The notes beneath the pieces were generated by a model that saw only the letters and a program-made list of their open reading frames with translations, was not told the origin of the DNA and ran no database searches. Source: Rotaria socialis (Eukaryota). From it: a stretch of DNA of 31,260 nt. The translations under genes and the position numbers were made by a program. Shown in pieces: positions 12,736 to 25,523 of the stretch. Location of the stretch: positions 62,001 through 93,260 of the forward strand of contig CAJNYD010000051.1 in NCBI GenBank assembly GCA_905331295.1, written 5' to 3'. The stretch's first letter is position 1. Each line of letters opens with the position of its first letter.

Positions 12736-13973
12736 TCAATCAATAGATTTTACTATTAACATTTCAAAAAAAAAGGAATTGACGATGTTTTTTTTTCTTT
12801 CATTTTATTTGGATATTAAAATGAAAATCCAATAATCAAATCTCCATATGCACCGGGATTTGATGTTGATGGCATACCTTCATTAGGTATGCGTTGTTTC
12901 AATCCCGATCTAATAAAAAAAAAATTCCTTTTTTAAAACAAGTTAATTTTCTTACGCAACAATTTCATTGATGGGCACTTCAAGTTGTCTTCCATCAAGA
13001 TGTTGAATATATAATTTTGTACCTGTTAATTCTTCTTCTAAACTTATTGTAGCTTTATAAATAAGATCAACATTTTCACGACGAAAACGTGGATGTTCTA
13101 GATCTCTTATAACTATTATAAGATCAGATGACGTACCATCTCAATATTGATCGCCTTCACCTTCAAGGAATATTTTTGTACCTGGTAGACAGCCACGCTC
13201 AATGGTTATTGGAACAACTTTTTGAGGAGTAGTTGATGTACCATCAACAAGCATTACCTAAATAAAAGAACCAAGCAAAAAACAAATTTCTATTATAATC
13301 TTCCAAAGAAGAATGTATATATGTAGAAGTCGACAATTCTTACTCGTCGTGTAATTGTAACATCAAACGTTCCACCATAATAACAATTTTCAAGTGAAAC
13401 TTCAAGATCACGGTATAATGGTGCACCATGTTTTCTTTTTAGATCATGAGCAGCTGGTTCAGCAGCACGTGCATATGCACTTGCATATAAATCTATAAGT
13501 AAATCATTGTATTTAATATTTTTTGGTTTCATATTTACTCTCATATGGATTATTATCACGTAAAAAAATCTTGAAAAACTTTATGACCATCACCATGAAA
13601 TACATAACGTTCAGTCAATTCATTGTTTGGTCCTATTAGTACACCAGTTTTTAAACCTTGAATACCATATCTATCATAAATACCGCGTTTGTTACCTTAA
13701 TAAAACAAAGAGGAACAAAGATGATTATTTATTAAATATAAGTATGCATACATACTATCAATTAATACATCATACGCTTCTCCAAGATCATTAAAATCAG
13801 TTGGATTTCGACTCAGATGAAATTCAGAAGCAAGTTGCTGATAACTATGTAACCAATGAAAATAAAAATAAAATACATTTATTTAATAATTGTTTTTTTA
13901 CATACGCCGATATTATATCACGATTTGATGCTCTTCGATGTACACCCAGAATTCGATAATAATCTTTTTCCAT
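12736..13973 (-). pseudogene. DNAJB13: DnaJ class B (DNAJB13-like) Hsp40 pseudogene
   Basis: MEKDYYRILGV J-domain, IYDRYGIQGLKTG, YVFHGDGHKVFQDFF, EGEGDQ, HPRFRRENVDL, HLDGRQLEVPINEIV and PNEGMP...GDLII. Lesions: frameshift near 13561, in-frame TGA at 13141-13143, in-frame TAA near 12816-12818. Confidence 0.8.
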
Positions 13974-14245
13974 ACTAGAAAAAAATAATAGAATTTATTG
14001 AATTTTAATTTGTTTTTCTTTTTAATATTGATTGAAAACAATTAGACAAAAATATTTTATCAAAAATTTGCTGAATAAAACTTTAAAGAGTACTCTATTA
14101 AACTATTAAAAAACCACATTACTAGGACCATGACTAGGATTGAAATCAAAAACGAAACTCTATCAGAATCGGAATCGAAAGCTAAACCAACAAAAACCTT
14201 TACCAGACTAAAAATCGTGGTCCTGTATATCTCTAATCGTAATAC

Positions 14246-15318
14246 TTACAAATCACTAGCAGATGACAATGTTGATGGTTTAGGAACACAAGAATTTGAA
14301 TATCCTTTAGCATCAACGGTCGTAACTGGCATTGATGATGGCCGACCTAAAAAGAAATTTACAATTTAATCTTTTTCATTATAATAAATAAACGTACTTG
14401 TATCAGTTGAAGCATGTATCATTTTTTGTTTGATTAATGATGTTACATTATAAAACTTTTTGCGTAAACGATCTCGAAGATCAAGTAATTCGTTATCTTT
14501 ATAACTAAAACACAATTTGTCGAGTTTTTAAATAGAGCAAAAATATGAGATAGTATTTACATACCTAAAATTACCACTATTTTCTTGAACATATTGATCA
14601 ATGACAATGCTTTGCATTGTAGTTTGATATTCACTTCCTTGCCCCTAGAAATAATTAAAAGCGTATAATTTATTTCATTATCTAGTACACTTGCTTGAAC
14701 AGATATATCAAGTACGTTTCCTGTATTAAGCAATAAAAATGATACATTGATATCATCCTTTCGGTACTCAAGTAATATTGAACCATCGGATTGTATATTT
14801 GAAAAACATATAATCCATACCTGCTTTAGAAAGTATGTAAAACTTGAATAAATCAAATAAATTTTTCTACCTGGTTCTTATTAATTGGAAAAAAATCTTT
14901 TCCTAATAACCACCGATGAAAATAAACGACCAAATAATCAAATCTCGTTTTTATTTGATGCATATTATCGTTCAATAGTCGAGTAAGAGATACATCAGTA
15001 TTCATGATTAAAAATCTATAAAAAAAGATGAACTACAACAGCATTTATTGCACATATCTAGATATGATAATATTGAAAATTCTGTTCGTGATTTAAGTAA
15101 GATTTAAATGCTAATTGCGAAATATTTATGTGTAATACGAATGGCCAATGTTTAATAACGACTAGGAGTGCATAGATTACTGATGATATATGATTCATAT
15201 GCATATTTCTTTTCAAAATGTTTTTGTCGAGATTTTGATAGTAATTCTTTTTTTTTATCTGTGTCGATATCCCAAATAATTCAGTTAACAATTGATAATG
15301 GATCACTGATTCAAGCAT
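14246..15318 (-). pseudogene. Unknown multi-exon gene, apparently degraded; may extend upstream to about 16040
   Basis: GT-AG-bounded exons (about 14870-15017, 14565-14820, 14397-14504, 14246-14346) give ...WSFYFHRWLLGKDFFPINKNQ|VWIICFSNIQ...|YKDNELLDLRDRLRKKFY...|...SASDL*. Upstream parts contain stops or frame changes. Confidence 0.45.
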
Positions 15319-16474
15319 AAATAATGTTCAACATACATAATAATTGTCTAAATGAATGACGTTGAAATAAAAAAAAATTATCAGAAGTATTGATCAAAAT
15401 AAAAAATAGAATTGATTAATGAAATTATTTCCATAGTTATTTTCTCTTGCGTATTAATTATTTTGTTGAAATACTTAATGGCTAAAAATATAAATGAAAA
15501 CTTTTTATCAAAACAAAAATTAATTGAATTTACATCATCAAGTAAAATCAAAATTTAATTATTAGATGATGATGTTGTACAAAATATGTCATTTTATATC
15601 TAATTAAATAAAAACAAAATCGTTCCTAATTCGCATTATTTTTATGAATGTCTTACCAAACAAGTATTGATATTTGATATTCATCATAATCTTCTAATTG
15701 AATCAAATCATCATTTTATTTAATCATGAGTACTTTTAAAATATCTAAGAATAAAAGCAAATATTAAATCGAACAGAATAAGAATTATTTTACTTAGTAC
15801 GACAAAAAAAGGAAAAAGCTGAAGAGATAACGCGAAGGTTAAATGAAATAAGCAAGACCTGGAAAATAATCATGATTGAAGATTGAGAATAAATGAACAT
15901 TAATTTCGTTTGATTTGCTACAACATATACATAGAAAGAAAAATAAATGAATGTTTTTTAGAATATCAATACGCAATATACAACTTTTCACTGTTCGTGT
16001 ATTCTTGAAAACATCAGTAATACAATTTAAATCAGCCAAAACACGGGATCATAATGTTTCATTCATTAGTTTTATTTATGTAAAACTAGAAATACAAGAT
16101 TGCAATTTGTTCTAGTTTGTAATTAGTAAATCGCATATAAAGATGACTGAAATATAAAAAAAAGAAAATTAAATGACAGCTTCGAAATATTCACATTCAA
16201 AATGCAACTTTTGTGTTTTGTAAGATAGACATCAGTAGTACTACAGAATGGTTCGTAAGACGAATATTTCATTAATTAATTTCAGTCATCTAAAAATAGG
16301 AATACAAACACTCATAATCGTGGAGACATCTGTTGTATTAAGACTTTTAAATGAAAGTTAAACTAGACCTCCACTCAAACTTATTATCTATTTGTTCTTG
16401 AACTATGACGACATTTATTGGATATAGATATATTCACTAAGTAGTTTAAATTCTTTCGTTCTTTCACTCTTTAG

Positions 16475-19400
16475 TTCATAGTATATCTTGATATCTGTAT
16501 AAAGACTAACATACCCTCTAGTTTAAAACAACATCAAGATGTGAGTAAATTTTGAATCTCAAGAAAAATAAAAACTTCTGTTTATTTTCGTAGACTTGTG
16601 ATAAAAAAGAAGAAGATCCTAATCCATCTGTCCATCTCTATTCGAGATTATTTGGTACAGATGTGCGCGCTAGAGATATTACAGACAAAGTTCAAGATAT
16701 TCTCCGTAGTAGTTTACGTAAATTTATTGGAAATCAAATACTAACACGATTGAACGAACTCGCTGGCAAAGATCCTATATTTCGTATACCATTAGAAATC
16801 GGTTCGGTATCAGGAGCTGCTAATGGTTTGGCATTATATAAATCAGCACAAGTTGCCGCACTTGTTGATTTAACAACTGATATAAGAAATACTCAAAATG
16901 ACGCTGGACTAGGAGTATATTCAATGACAAGTCGATCAGCGTACGTTTGAATTATATATCTTTTTTTTATAAACATGAAAAAATAAACGTTTCTATTCTT
17001 TTCTTTTAGATTAAGTTTTTCATTGACACTTCAACGTGAAGTATCATCACCATTGACTACTGTTGGTGAAACAGTTGAAATCGGCATTCTATCGTATCTT
17101 CCATTTGAATATAAAACGGAAGTCAATAATCAAGGACGTACACGTGAATTTAGTCTTCTTAAGTCGAATTCAAAACTTTTTGCAATGGAGTAAAGAATTC
17201 GATTTTGATTTTTCAATGATGATACTTTTATTTCTGCCTAGCTTCCAATATGCAACACGCACATCCGACGGTTTTGAACTTGTTCCAAATACAAAAACAC
17301 CCAATATTGATCCATCATGTACACCGAGTGCCTTTTATCGTACATTAGGTGTACGAGTATGTTTAGAACTTAATCCCTTCCGTTCAATTCAATTTGGCAA
17401 ACGAAATTCATATCCAATAACTGTAAGTTTAACTATTAAAATAAACATCATTCATATCTTTCGTCTTTAGGTAACTGTCAACAGAGATCCAACAATCAAA
17501 AACTGGCGTCTTGGTTGGCGTTTTAATGCGCAAGAAGCACCACAATATGAAGTCATCATTGAAAAAGTTGGCACAAATCAATCCTATCCTGGTATATTGA
17601 AATAGACTTGTACGTACGATTAAACGTCGCTTTTTTAGGCTTGGGTTTGTCTGCTACAAAAGATGGCAATAAATTCGATATTAAAATTTTAACTGGCATG
17701 AAATCATTCAATGTTCAAGGTAAAATTTAAAAAAAAATTTTTTTTTCTCATTCTATTGCACATAATAGGTACACAAACGGGTGAGACATTTAGTGGTACA
17801 GTATATTCAAGTGACAACAACAATGAAGTGATGACAACATCTGGAACATTGGCGATCAATAACGATGGTTTTAAATTGGAAAGTAAACTTTTTGATATTG
17901 CAAGCAAAAAAGAAGTCGTCACATTAACAACTGATAATCTACCAAATCGTGGACAAGGTCTCACAGCTAATTTTGGTTTAACAACATCCGATAAAGCTAA
18001 ATCATTTAAAATTCAATGTAAGCTTTCGTTTTTCATGAAAATCATGTATTCTATTTGTAATCGTTTCATTAGTTCGCGGTAATTTATATAAACCGAATTC
18101 AGAAAAAGTTCATATCAATGGAGATTTTAATCTTGGTGATACATCTTATAATGGAAAACTGTCGTTCGAACGTATTGAATTACAACGTTTATTTAAATTA
18201 GGCCGAGGTTCATCAGCAGCCGGATACGAATTTTTTATGAACGTAAGACAAATAAAGAAGCAACTCAAAATAATTGTAATATTGCATCCCATGTTGCATT
18301 ACGAACACTAGCTAGTGATGTATTCATGAAGCTATTCAATCTCAAAACAGATTTCACTCGTACCATTGATTTATCCAATGCAACACTACAAAGTTCACTT
18401 GATTATTTACTTATAACACGTAATCCACCGGTACAAGAAATAATCGAAATCGATTACATAAGACGATCAGTACGAACAACTAATCAAGGAAAACGTCTCA
18501 CATCACCGGAAGCTAATTTGAAAGTTCAAGTTAAAACAAAATCAAATCTTTTAAATTTTCTTCTTGATCATCGACATCGAAAGAGTTCGGAATCATCGAA
18601 AAAAGGTTTGATTTCATAGTTTTCTTTTGGTAATACTTTAAAAGATATCATCGTCTCTCTCTCTCTCGTTTTGTTTTTGCCTAGGACCTGCAATGCTTCC
18701 ACCAACTCTGGACATCAACAATAAGATTCATGTTGTTGTCGATACAGATAAATTATTTCCTGACATACCACGTCAATTTGCATTTGATGTATTATCTGAT
18801 CTTGATTTTCAATTACTCAATGAAGTCAATTATAAATTTCAATACAATTTACCTCGCCGTCAACGTTCCGGATTATTTACATATCATGCGCAAGTCGACA
18901 AAGTTACTCATGGTCATGTATTTTCTGGTACAAGTAAATCTGAATTACAATTGGATAATAAACAAATACAAGTTACAGGTACGGGTACTTTCGATGTTTG
19001 TCTACGATCGTATTCATTAAAATCACATTGGGATATTGATACGAATCTTGTCGACGATAAAAATGATATGGAACTTGATTTAAATCTTCGTTTCGATAAA
19101 CAACCTAAGAAAGATTCACCAAAATCATTAATAACTTCTTACGATGTTAAATTAAAAGCACCTAAACATAGATTATTTCAATTAATTGATCTTGACGGTA
19201 ATCTAACAAAACAATCAGGTGAATTCGAAACATGGAATTCAATCGCTATTCGAACAAATAAAAAATTAAAAGAAATTAATTTAAATGCTTTTCTTTATCG
19301 TAATCTAACTGGTGATAATACACTACAAACGCATATTTCATTTTCATTACCATTTAAATATCTACCATATATAACACACGATTTAAAAATTGAAAGCTTA

Positions 19401-21885
19401 TTAGAAACCGGTGTTTTCAGTTTTCTTGAATCAAGATTAATTGCTAAACCAGTTTTTGCACACTATGCCCTACTGGATGCATTTCATTCAGAAAAAACAC
19501 GTATTCGTATAGATAATGAAATTGAATATTTACGTGCTAATGGAAATAGTTTATACGCTCTTTCGAAAATAGATATGTCACGAGATGCAGGATTACATTC
19601 ATTCGGTTTATTAAAACGAAATTCAGATTTATTACATAAACATTCAATTGGTTTTATATCTTCATCGAAAACGAAAAAAATTGCACTTTCATTAGTGAGT
19701 CCACAAATATCGTCAAATCCATTGAGTATTATCGGAGAATTCACCATGGATCGAGAAAATCATATTGGAAAAATGAAATTACCACAGGAATTCGGAATTC
19801 ATTTTGAATTCGGTACTCCATTAACAAATTTAACTGCATTTCGTATTTTCTACAACTTACCTCTATTCAATAAAGATCATAATTCAACAGCTGATGGATC
19901 TGTTGGATTCAAAATTGCTTCATCAGTAAGATAAATGAAATCTTTATTTTCATTCGATTCTTTTCTGTTTTTTGTTTTTCTAATAGAATATTGCTCCAAG
20001 TAGCTTCTATCTTCATTCAAAAGGTTCCCTAAATACATCACTTCATCTTGTCAAAGCTTTACGTATCGGTAATGATATTGCCACGCATAGTTCATTAACT
20101 GCTCAATATAATCCTCGATTAGTCAGTCAAGTTAGTGCTACAATAAGTACAAAATTTTACGGAAAAGAATTTCAAAATTCATTGTATGCTCTATTTAAAC
20201 AACATCAAATTATCGTACGAGGTCTTTTAAATACAGCTGATAATCAAAATTATACATATGAAATGGATGTCGGTTTAGACAATGATTCACTTACAGGACA
20301 TACGGAACGAACAGATGGACAAGAAACAACAATGTCAGATATTGATACTAAAAAATGTACGGCAACTGGTAAATATTATCGTTGCTATAAAGGTGATATT
20401 ACCGTTCGAACAGGTACTAGTAGTTCGGAGAGTAAAGGCACCTTTGATATAAGTTGGGGTCGTGACGCTGCTAAATTAGACATTAAAGTTCCCAATCATG
20501 TTGAACTTTCATTTGATCATTCACATACTGGTCGTGTACGTGATGCTAATTTTAGTTCAAAAACAAATATCGAAGGAAAAATTTTACAACCAAACAAACG
20601 CGGTGCATTCAATTATTTAAGTTCAATTGAAAAAGAAGATGGTAAATGGAATGATATTCAAATTCAAACTTCATTAAACGATATGAAAACAGGACAAAAA
20701 TCTGGCGCAACAGATATTCGTTTCAATCAAAAAATAACTGATAAACGTTCGGGACAATTTCAACGTAAATTTAATGTTAACGTTGAACGTCAAGGTCTAC
20801 CTGCTATTGTTTGGTCAAGTGATTCGTTTAGTTGTTCAAATAATCCATCATATGTTATTTATGGTGTGTGTCAAACAGCTACGTTTAACATCAAAGCAAA
20901 TAATGTATTGATACAACGTTTACGGCAACGTCTTCAATTAACCGCTGATCCACGTTTGTCGAATCCGTTGGGTCAAGTAACGTATGATGGTACATTAAAT
21001 TTAGATTTAAAACATGATCCAACATTAGGTCCACATACAGTTAAATTTGATTTAAATCGTTTGAGAGAAGAGGCTATTGATATTGATCTTTCATATCAAA
21101 AACGAATTGATGAAAAACCGATGAGTCTGAATTTAAAAGTAAATATTCCACAACAAAATCCAATATCGATTAAATAAGATGAAACAATTCGTTCGAAAAC
21201 AAGTTTTAATGGTGTTTTAAAATATTCATTTAATGCAAATGATAGTACAGCTGAAAAAACATACAAGTGTGATGTTAACCAATCGTATGCTGATAGTTAT
21301 TCAATGAATTGTCAAGGTGAACGAACAAACTTAACGATTGATATTGATCCTAAGATTGGAAAAAAGAAATTTATAGTGGATTTAAATCGATTTACAGGTG
21401 AGCGTATTGGATATGAAACGGCGGTCAATTTCATCACCAGAGAACTTGAAACTACTTATTATACACTCGTAACTTCATGGAATACGAAATATCGATTCGG
21501 AGGAGTATTATCAGCAATCACTGTTAAACAAAAAGAGCAAGAAGTTCTACGTATTACAGCTTCAAGAACTGATTTTGATGGATATAAAATTCGATTTTTA
21601 CCTGCCAATATTGAACTTGAGTAATTTTCATATTGAAATTTTAAAGAGAAATCAATATATGTACTCATTGATTATTTCTAGACTTGCTACAGATTCTAAA
21701 TCAAATACTGTTTCACTTAGTGAAACTTATCCTCAACAACGAGATTATGTCAAAATAGCCATTGATGTTGAACGAATTCGTCGCTATAAACCATCGTTAC
21801 GTAATACAAATCGACCATCCTACGATATCGATGATGAATCAGCAAAATCACAAGAACGAATATTTAGAATTCAATTGGATTCTCT
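16475..21885 (+). pseudogene. Large lipid transfer protein (apolipophorin/vitellogenin-like), internal portion; lesioned and 3'-truncated
   Basis: Long multi-exon beta-strand-rich protein. SVHLYSRLFGTDVR and AANGLALYKSAQVAALV resemble the LLTP open beta-sheet region. One T is missing in the run at 18231-18236 (frameshift). An in-frame TAA at 21175-21177 separates same-frame ORFs 20182 and 21304. The gene ends at a telomeric tract. Confidence 0.65.
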
Positions 21886-21927
21886 TGAGGGTGTGGGTGT
21901 GCGTGTGGGTGGATGTGGGTGTGGGTG
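21886..21927 (+). repeat. Telomeric repeat tract TG(A/T)GGG
   Basis: TGAGGG TGTGGG TGTGCG TGTGGG TGGA TGTGGG TGTGGG TG, then an N gap. Confidence 0.85.
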
Positions 21928-22129
21928 NNNNNNNNNNNNNNNNNNNNNNNNNNNNNNNNNNNNNNNNNNNNNNNNNNNNNNNAATAGTAAAGATTTTAAT
22001 CTTTCCAATAACGCCTCGTAATTGAGTGAGAATTTCATTACACTCGTCGCTATTTTCATCAATCGTGGCATCAAACCATATGAGTGAGACATTTTGCCTT
22101 CAGTGTAAATGATTGTTTTTTGAGGTAGA

Positions 22130-22795
22130 AAATAACGTCTGATGGAAAAATTTTTGGACAACATGTTTGTCCACTTTTGACTCTCTTAAAAGTATTCTAG
22201 ATGAGAGAAGAACTAGGGATTAGGACCAGAATTGTGTGCTCTTTCCGAATATGGGCTCAGAAATTGTGTACCTGTTTTTACTACAGAATAGTGCGAAAAT
22301 ATATGAAAGGCCTAAAAAAGTAGTTTGGACGGAAAATTTCATCGTACATTTTTGTATTTTCACTATTGGCATTCAAAATCAGATACTGAAACTGTTCTTC
22401 ACATATGAGCTTATAGAGCAAAAGGAGGGGGGACACTTTGTACACAAAATGGCCCTAAATGAAAATCAGTTCAAAATCAGTTCTAACTACGATTTCAAGC
22501 TGTACAGTGTGTGAGTACACGTTTCTGAGCTTTTACAAGACATTTTCAAACGGTTTTACTCTCTGTCTACAAACAGTAGATGTCTACAATAAAACATACA
22601 CTACCGCGACTGTTGTAGCAGCTAGCAACACATTACACAGACCCGCTCATAGCCAGCAGATAGAGCTTTTCAAAAGCTACAAAATGATCGTAAAACATCC
22701 ACTAAAATATGCTGTGCTCGAGAATTCCTAAACAACATACTATCGAAATTCTATGGAATGCCCAATGCAAGGCAAAGTGTGGTGTTTACGATCTC
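22130..22795. repeat. Left arm of large inverted repeat (interspersed repeat copy)
   Basis: 22413-22795 is a near-identical reverse complement of 24080-24460 (identical 90-aa ORFs). About 22130-22272 is a diverged reverse complement of about 24803-24950. Confidence 0.85.
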
Positions 22796-23162
22796 CGTTA
22801 GTGAACTAGAGACCACTGTGATTTTAGCAGCGGAAAGATAGGCTATCGGGTGGTTTAAAATGTTCTGAGGTGAGAGGGTATGTTGGGTCCCTCTGAGGGA
22901 TTATAAAAACTCGGAGAGATTTGTTTATGTTTTCACAGCGTTGTTGAAGTTTTCGGATGGTAAGCGAATGAATATCTAAAGGATTTTTAATTTGTGCTGC
23001 TTCAGAAACAAGTAGGTTGCCTGACAGAGAAAGGTGTTCTGAGCGAGATGCTTTATTTTAACAGTGGTTTCGTGATGGGAGGTATGAATCCTTTATCATG
23101 AGGGATTGTGCTGTAATTTAGGTGGTGAGACGAGCGTGTGATAACAGAGGAATAGCGAATAA

Positions 23163-23236
23163 GCCGGGGATGGCGTAGTGGTTCTATGCATCTGATTTTG
23201 GTCAGACATCAGAAGGTTCGATTCCTTCCCCCGGCA
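23163..23236 (+). tRNA. tRNA-like sequence (His/Gln-like), probably pseudo-tRNA or SINE head
   Basis: Acceptor GCCGGGG/CCCCGGC+A, D-arm GCGT-AGTGGTTCT-ATGC, anticodon stem TCTGA/TCAGA with only a 6-nt loop (TTTTGG), T-arm GAAGG-TTCGATT-CCTTC. Confidence 0.65.
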
Positions 23237-24079
23237 CGGTGTCTTCGGTTTCAAGATACGGTATCGGAAGAATAAACAAAAGGAAGAACAGCAATGCACG
23301 CCAACCTCGTCATCACTGCCTCGATTTCGATTTTCGTTCTGTTCGTTTTCGCTTCCTTGTCATTCTTTTTCTGTGTGTTATCGTAGTCTTGTCTGTTGAT
23401 TACTATGTTTCGTAAGCGTACGCAAAAACTTATACAAAAATGACAAAAAAATCTATGGATGTCACGAATAAAATTCAGCATAATTAAAAAAAAAAAAAAA
23501 AAAAAGAAAATTGGGCNNNNNNNNNNNNNNNNNNNNNNNNNNNNNNNNNNNNNNNNNNNNNNNNNNNNNNNNNNNNNNNNNNNNNNNNNNNNNNNNNNNN
23601 NNNNNNNNNNNNNNNNNNNNNNNNNNNNNNNNNNNNNNNNNNNNNNNNNNNNNNNNNNNNNNNNNNNNNNNNNNNNNNNNNNNNNNNNNNNNNNNNNNNN
23701 NNNNNNNNNNNNNNNNNNNNNNNNNNNNNNNNNNNNNNNNNNNNNNNNNNNNNNNNNNNNNNNNNNNNNNNNNNNNNNNNNNNNNNNNNNNNNNNNNNNN
23801 NNNNNNNNNNNNNNNNNNNNNNNNNNNNNNNNNNNNNNNNNNNNNNNNNNNNNNNNNNNNNNNNNNNNNNNNNNNNNNNNNNNNNNNNNNNNNNNNNNNN
23901 NNNNNNNNNNNNNNNNNNNNNNNNNNNNNNNNNNNNNNNNNNNNNNNNNNNNNNNNNNNNNNNNNNNNNNNNNNNNNNNNNNNNNNNNNNNNNNNNNNNN
24001 NNNNNNNNNNNNNNNNNNNNNNNNNNNNNNNNNNNNNNNNNNNNNNNNNNNNNNNNNNNNNNNNNNNNNNNNNNNNNNN

Positions 24080-24953
24080 GAGATCGTAAACACCACACTT
24101 TGCCTTGCATTGGGCATTCCATAGAATTTCGATAGTATGTTGTTTAGGAATTCTCGAGCACAGCATATTTTAGTGGATGTTTTACGATCATTTTGTAGCT
24201 TTTGAAAAGCTCTATCTGCTGGCTATGAGCGGGTCTGTGTAATGTGTTGCTAGCTGCTACAACAGTCGCGGTAGTGTATGTTTTATTGTAGACATCTACT
24301 GTTTGTAGACAGAGAGTAAAACCGTTTGAAAATGTCTTGTAAAAGCTCAGAAACGTGTACTCACACACTGTACAGCTTGAAATCGTAGTTAGAACTGATT
24401 TTGAACTGATTTTCATTTAGGGCCATTTTGTGTACAAAGTGTCCCCCCTCCTTTGTTCTACAAATGTGGTAGTTAAGTTTATTTTTTTGTTCTGAAAAAA
24501 ATATCCAATTGTTGTTTTTCTATCAGCCACTATTTTGAAAAACCGATTTTTTGATCAAAATTTGATTTGGGTAGACATAGCTTCTCCAAAAACAGTTGTA
24601 GCGTCACTTGTGTAAAAGCTACATTTTAATGCGACATAATATTTTGTAAAGAATTGTTCGCTCTGCAAAATTACCAAATTGAATCATTCTTAGCATCTAT
24701 GCAAAGAGGCACATGGCTGTCACAAATGCCTGCTTGTTCACCACTCACACTAATTTTTCAGGATGTTCAAAAGATTCTTTCACTATGCGAAGACAAAATT
24801 ATGTACACAATTTCTGAGACCATATCCGAAAAGAGCACAAAATTCTGGTCCTAATTCCTAATTCCTAGTTTTTCTCTCGTCTATAATACTTTTAAGAGAG
24901 TCAAAAATGGGCAAACATGTTATCCAAAAACTTTTCGATCATACGTTACTTGT
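24080..24953. repeat. Right arm of inverted repeat; ends in a Helentron-like 3' terminus
   Basis: Reverse complement of 22130-22795 with a different central segment. The end TTTCGATCATACGTTACTTGT resembles TTTCGATGAACGTTACTTGT at 26510-26529. Confidence 0.75.
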
Positions 24954-25523
24954 TGTGCTTTGTCCGCCGTAGTGGACTTATTCGATGAATGTCCACTACC
25001 CCAATACCGTGCTAGTTCTTTGCAAGATGAATATTGCCCAACGTATATAAACAGAAAAATGCTTGAATTTATAATTAATTTACTTTCTTTCAATTCTCAA
25101 TGCGATTTCGTAGAAAATGAGTAAATATCTACATGATTTCTCACTCACACAATCTTTTCTTCTTTTCACATTCTCATCGCTATAAAAATACGTTGTTCTT
25201 TTGAAGAAAAGGTGTGAACACGTGGAACGAAGAAACTCTCCAAACTCCCATTCTTTCTTTTACAGAGTGGAATTTTTAGTGTATGGATGAGGATGTGATT
25301 AAGGGTAAAGAAAAGAAAACTGCATCGATACCCTTACCCGGTGAAGTAGAAAGATTTGTGCAAATATGCATAACTAATGTATGATGTATTTCTTTTCTTT
25401 CGAAAGAACTGATCAAAGGCGAAAAATAAGTATTTCGCAAGAACTGAGTCATGACATACAGATGATTGCAATATAAATACTGTGTTTCTTTCATACTTGT
25501 GATTATCTTCTTCGATTTAAAAA

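Noticed and set aside
13141..21177. In-frame stops as an alternative genetic code or readthrough
   Set aside because: The stops are mixed (TGA, TAA) and accompanied by frameshifts, while the F-box gene and long exons read normally; decay is simpler.
23251..24166. Long ORFs containing X runs (also near 21.9, 29.6 and 30.6 kb)
   Set aside because: Artefacts of N gaps.
22459..24416. Identical 90-aa ORFs on opposite strands
   Set aside because: A by-product of the inverted repeat; no protein features.
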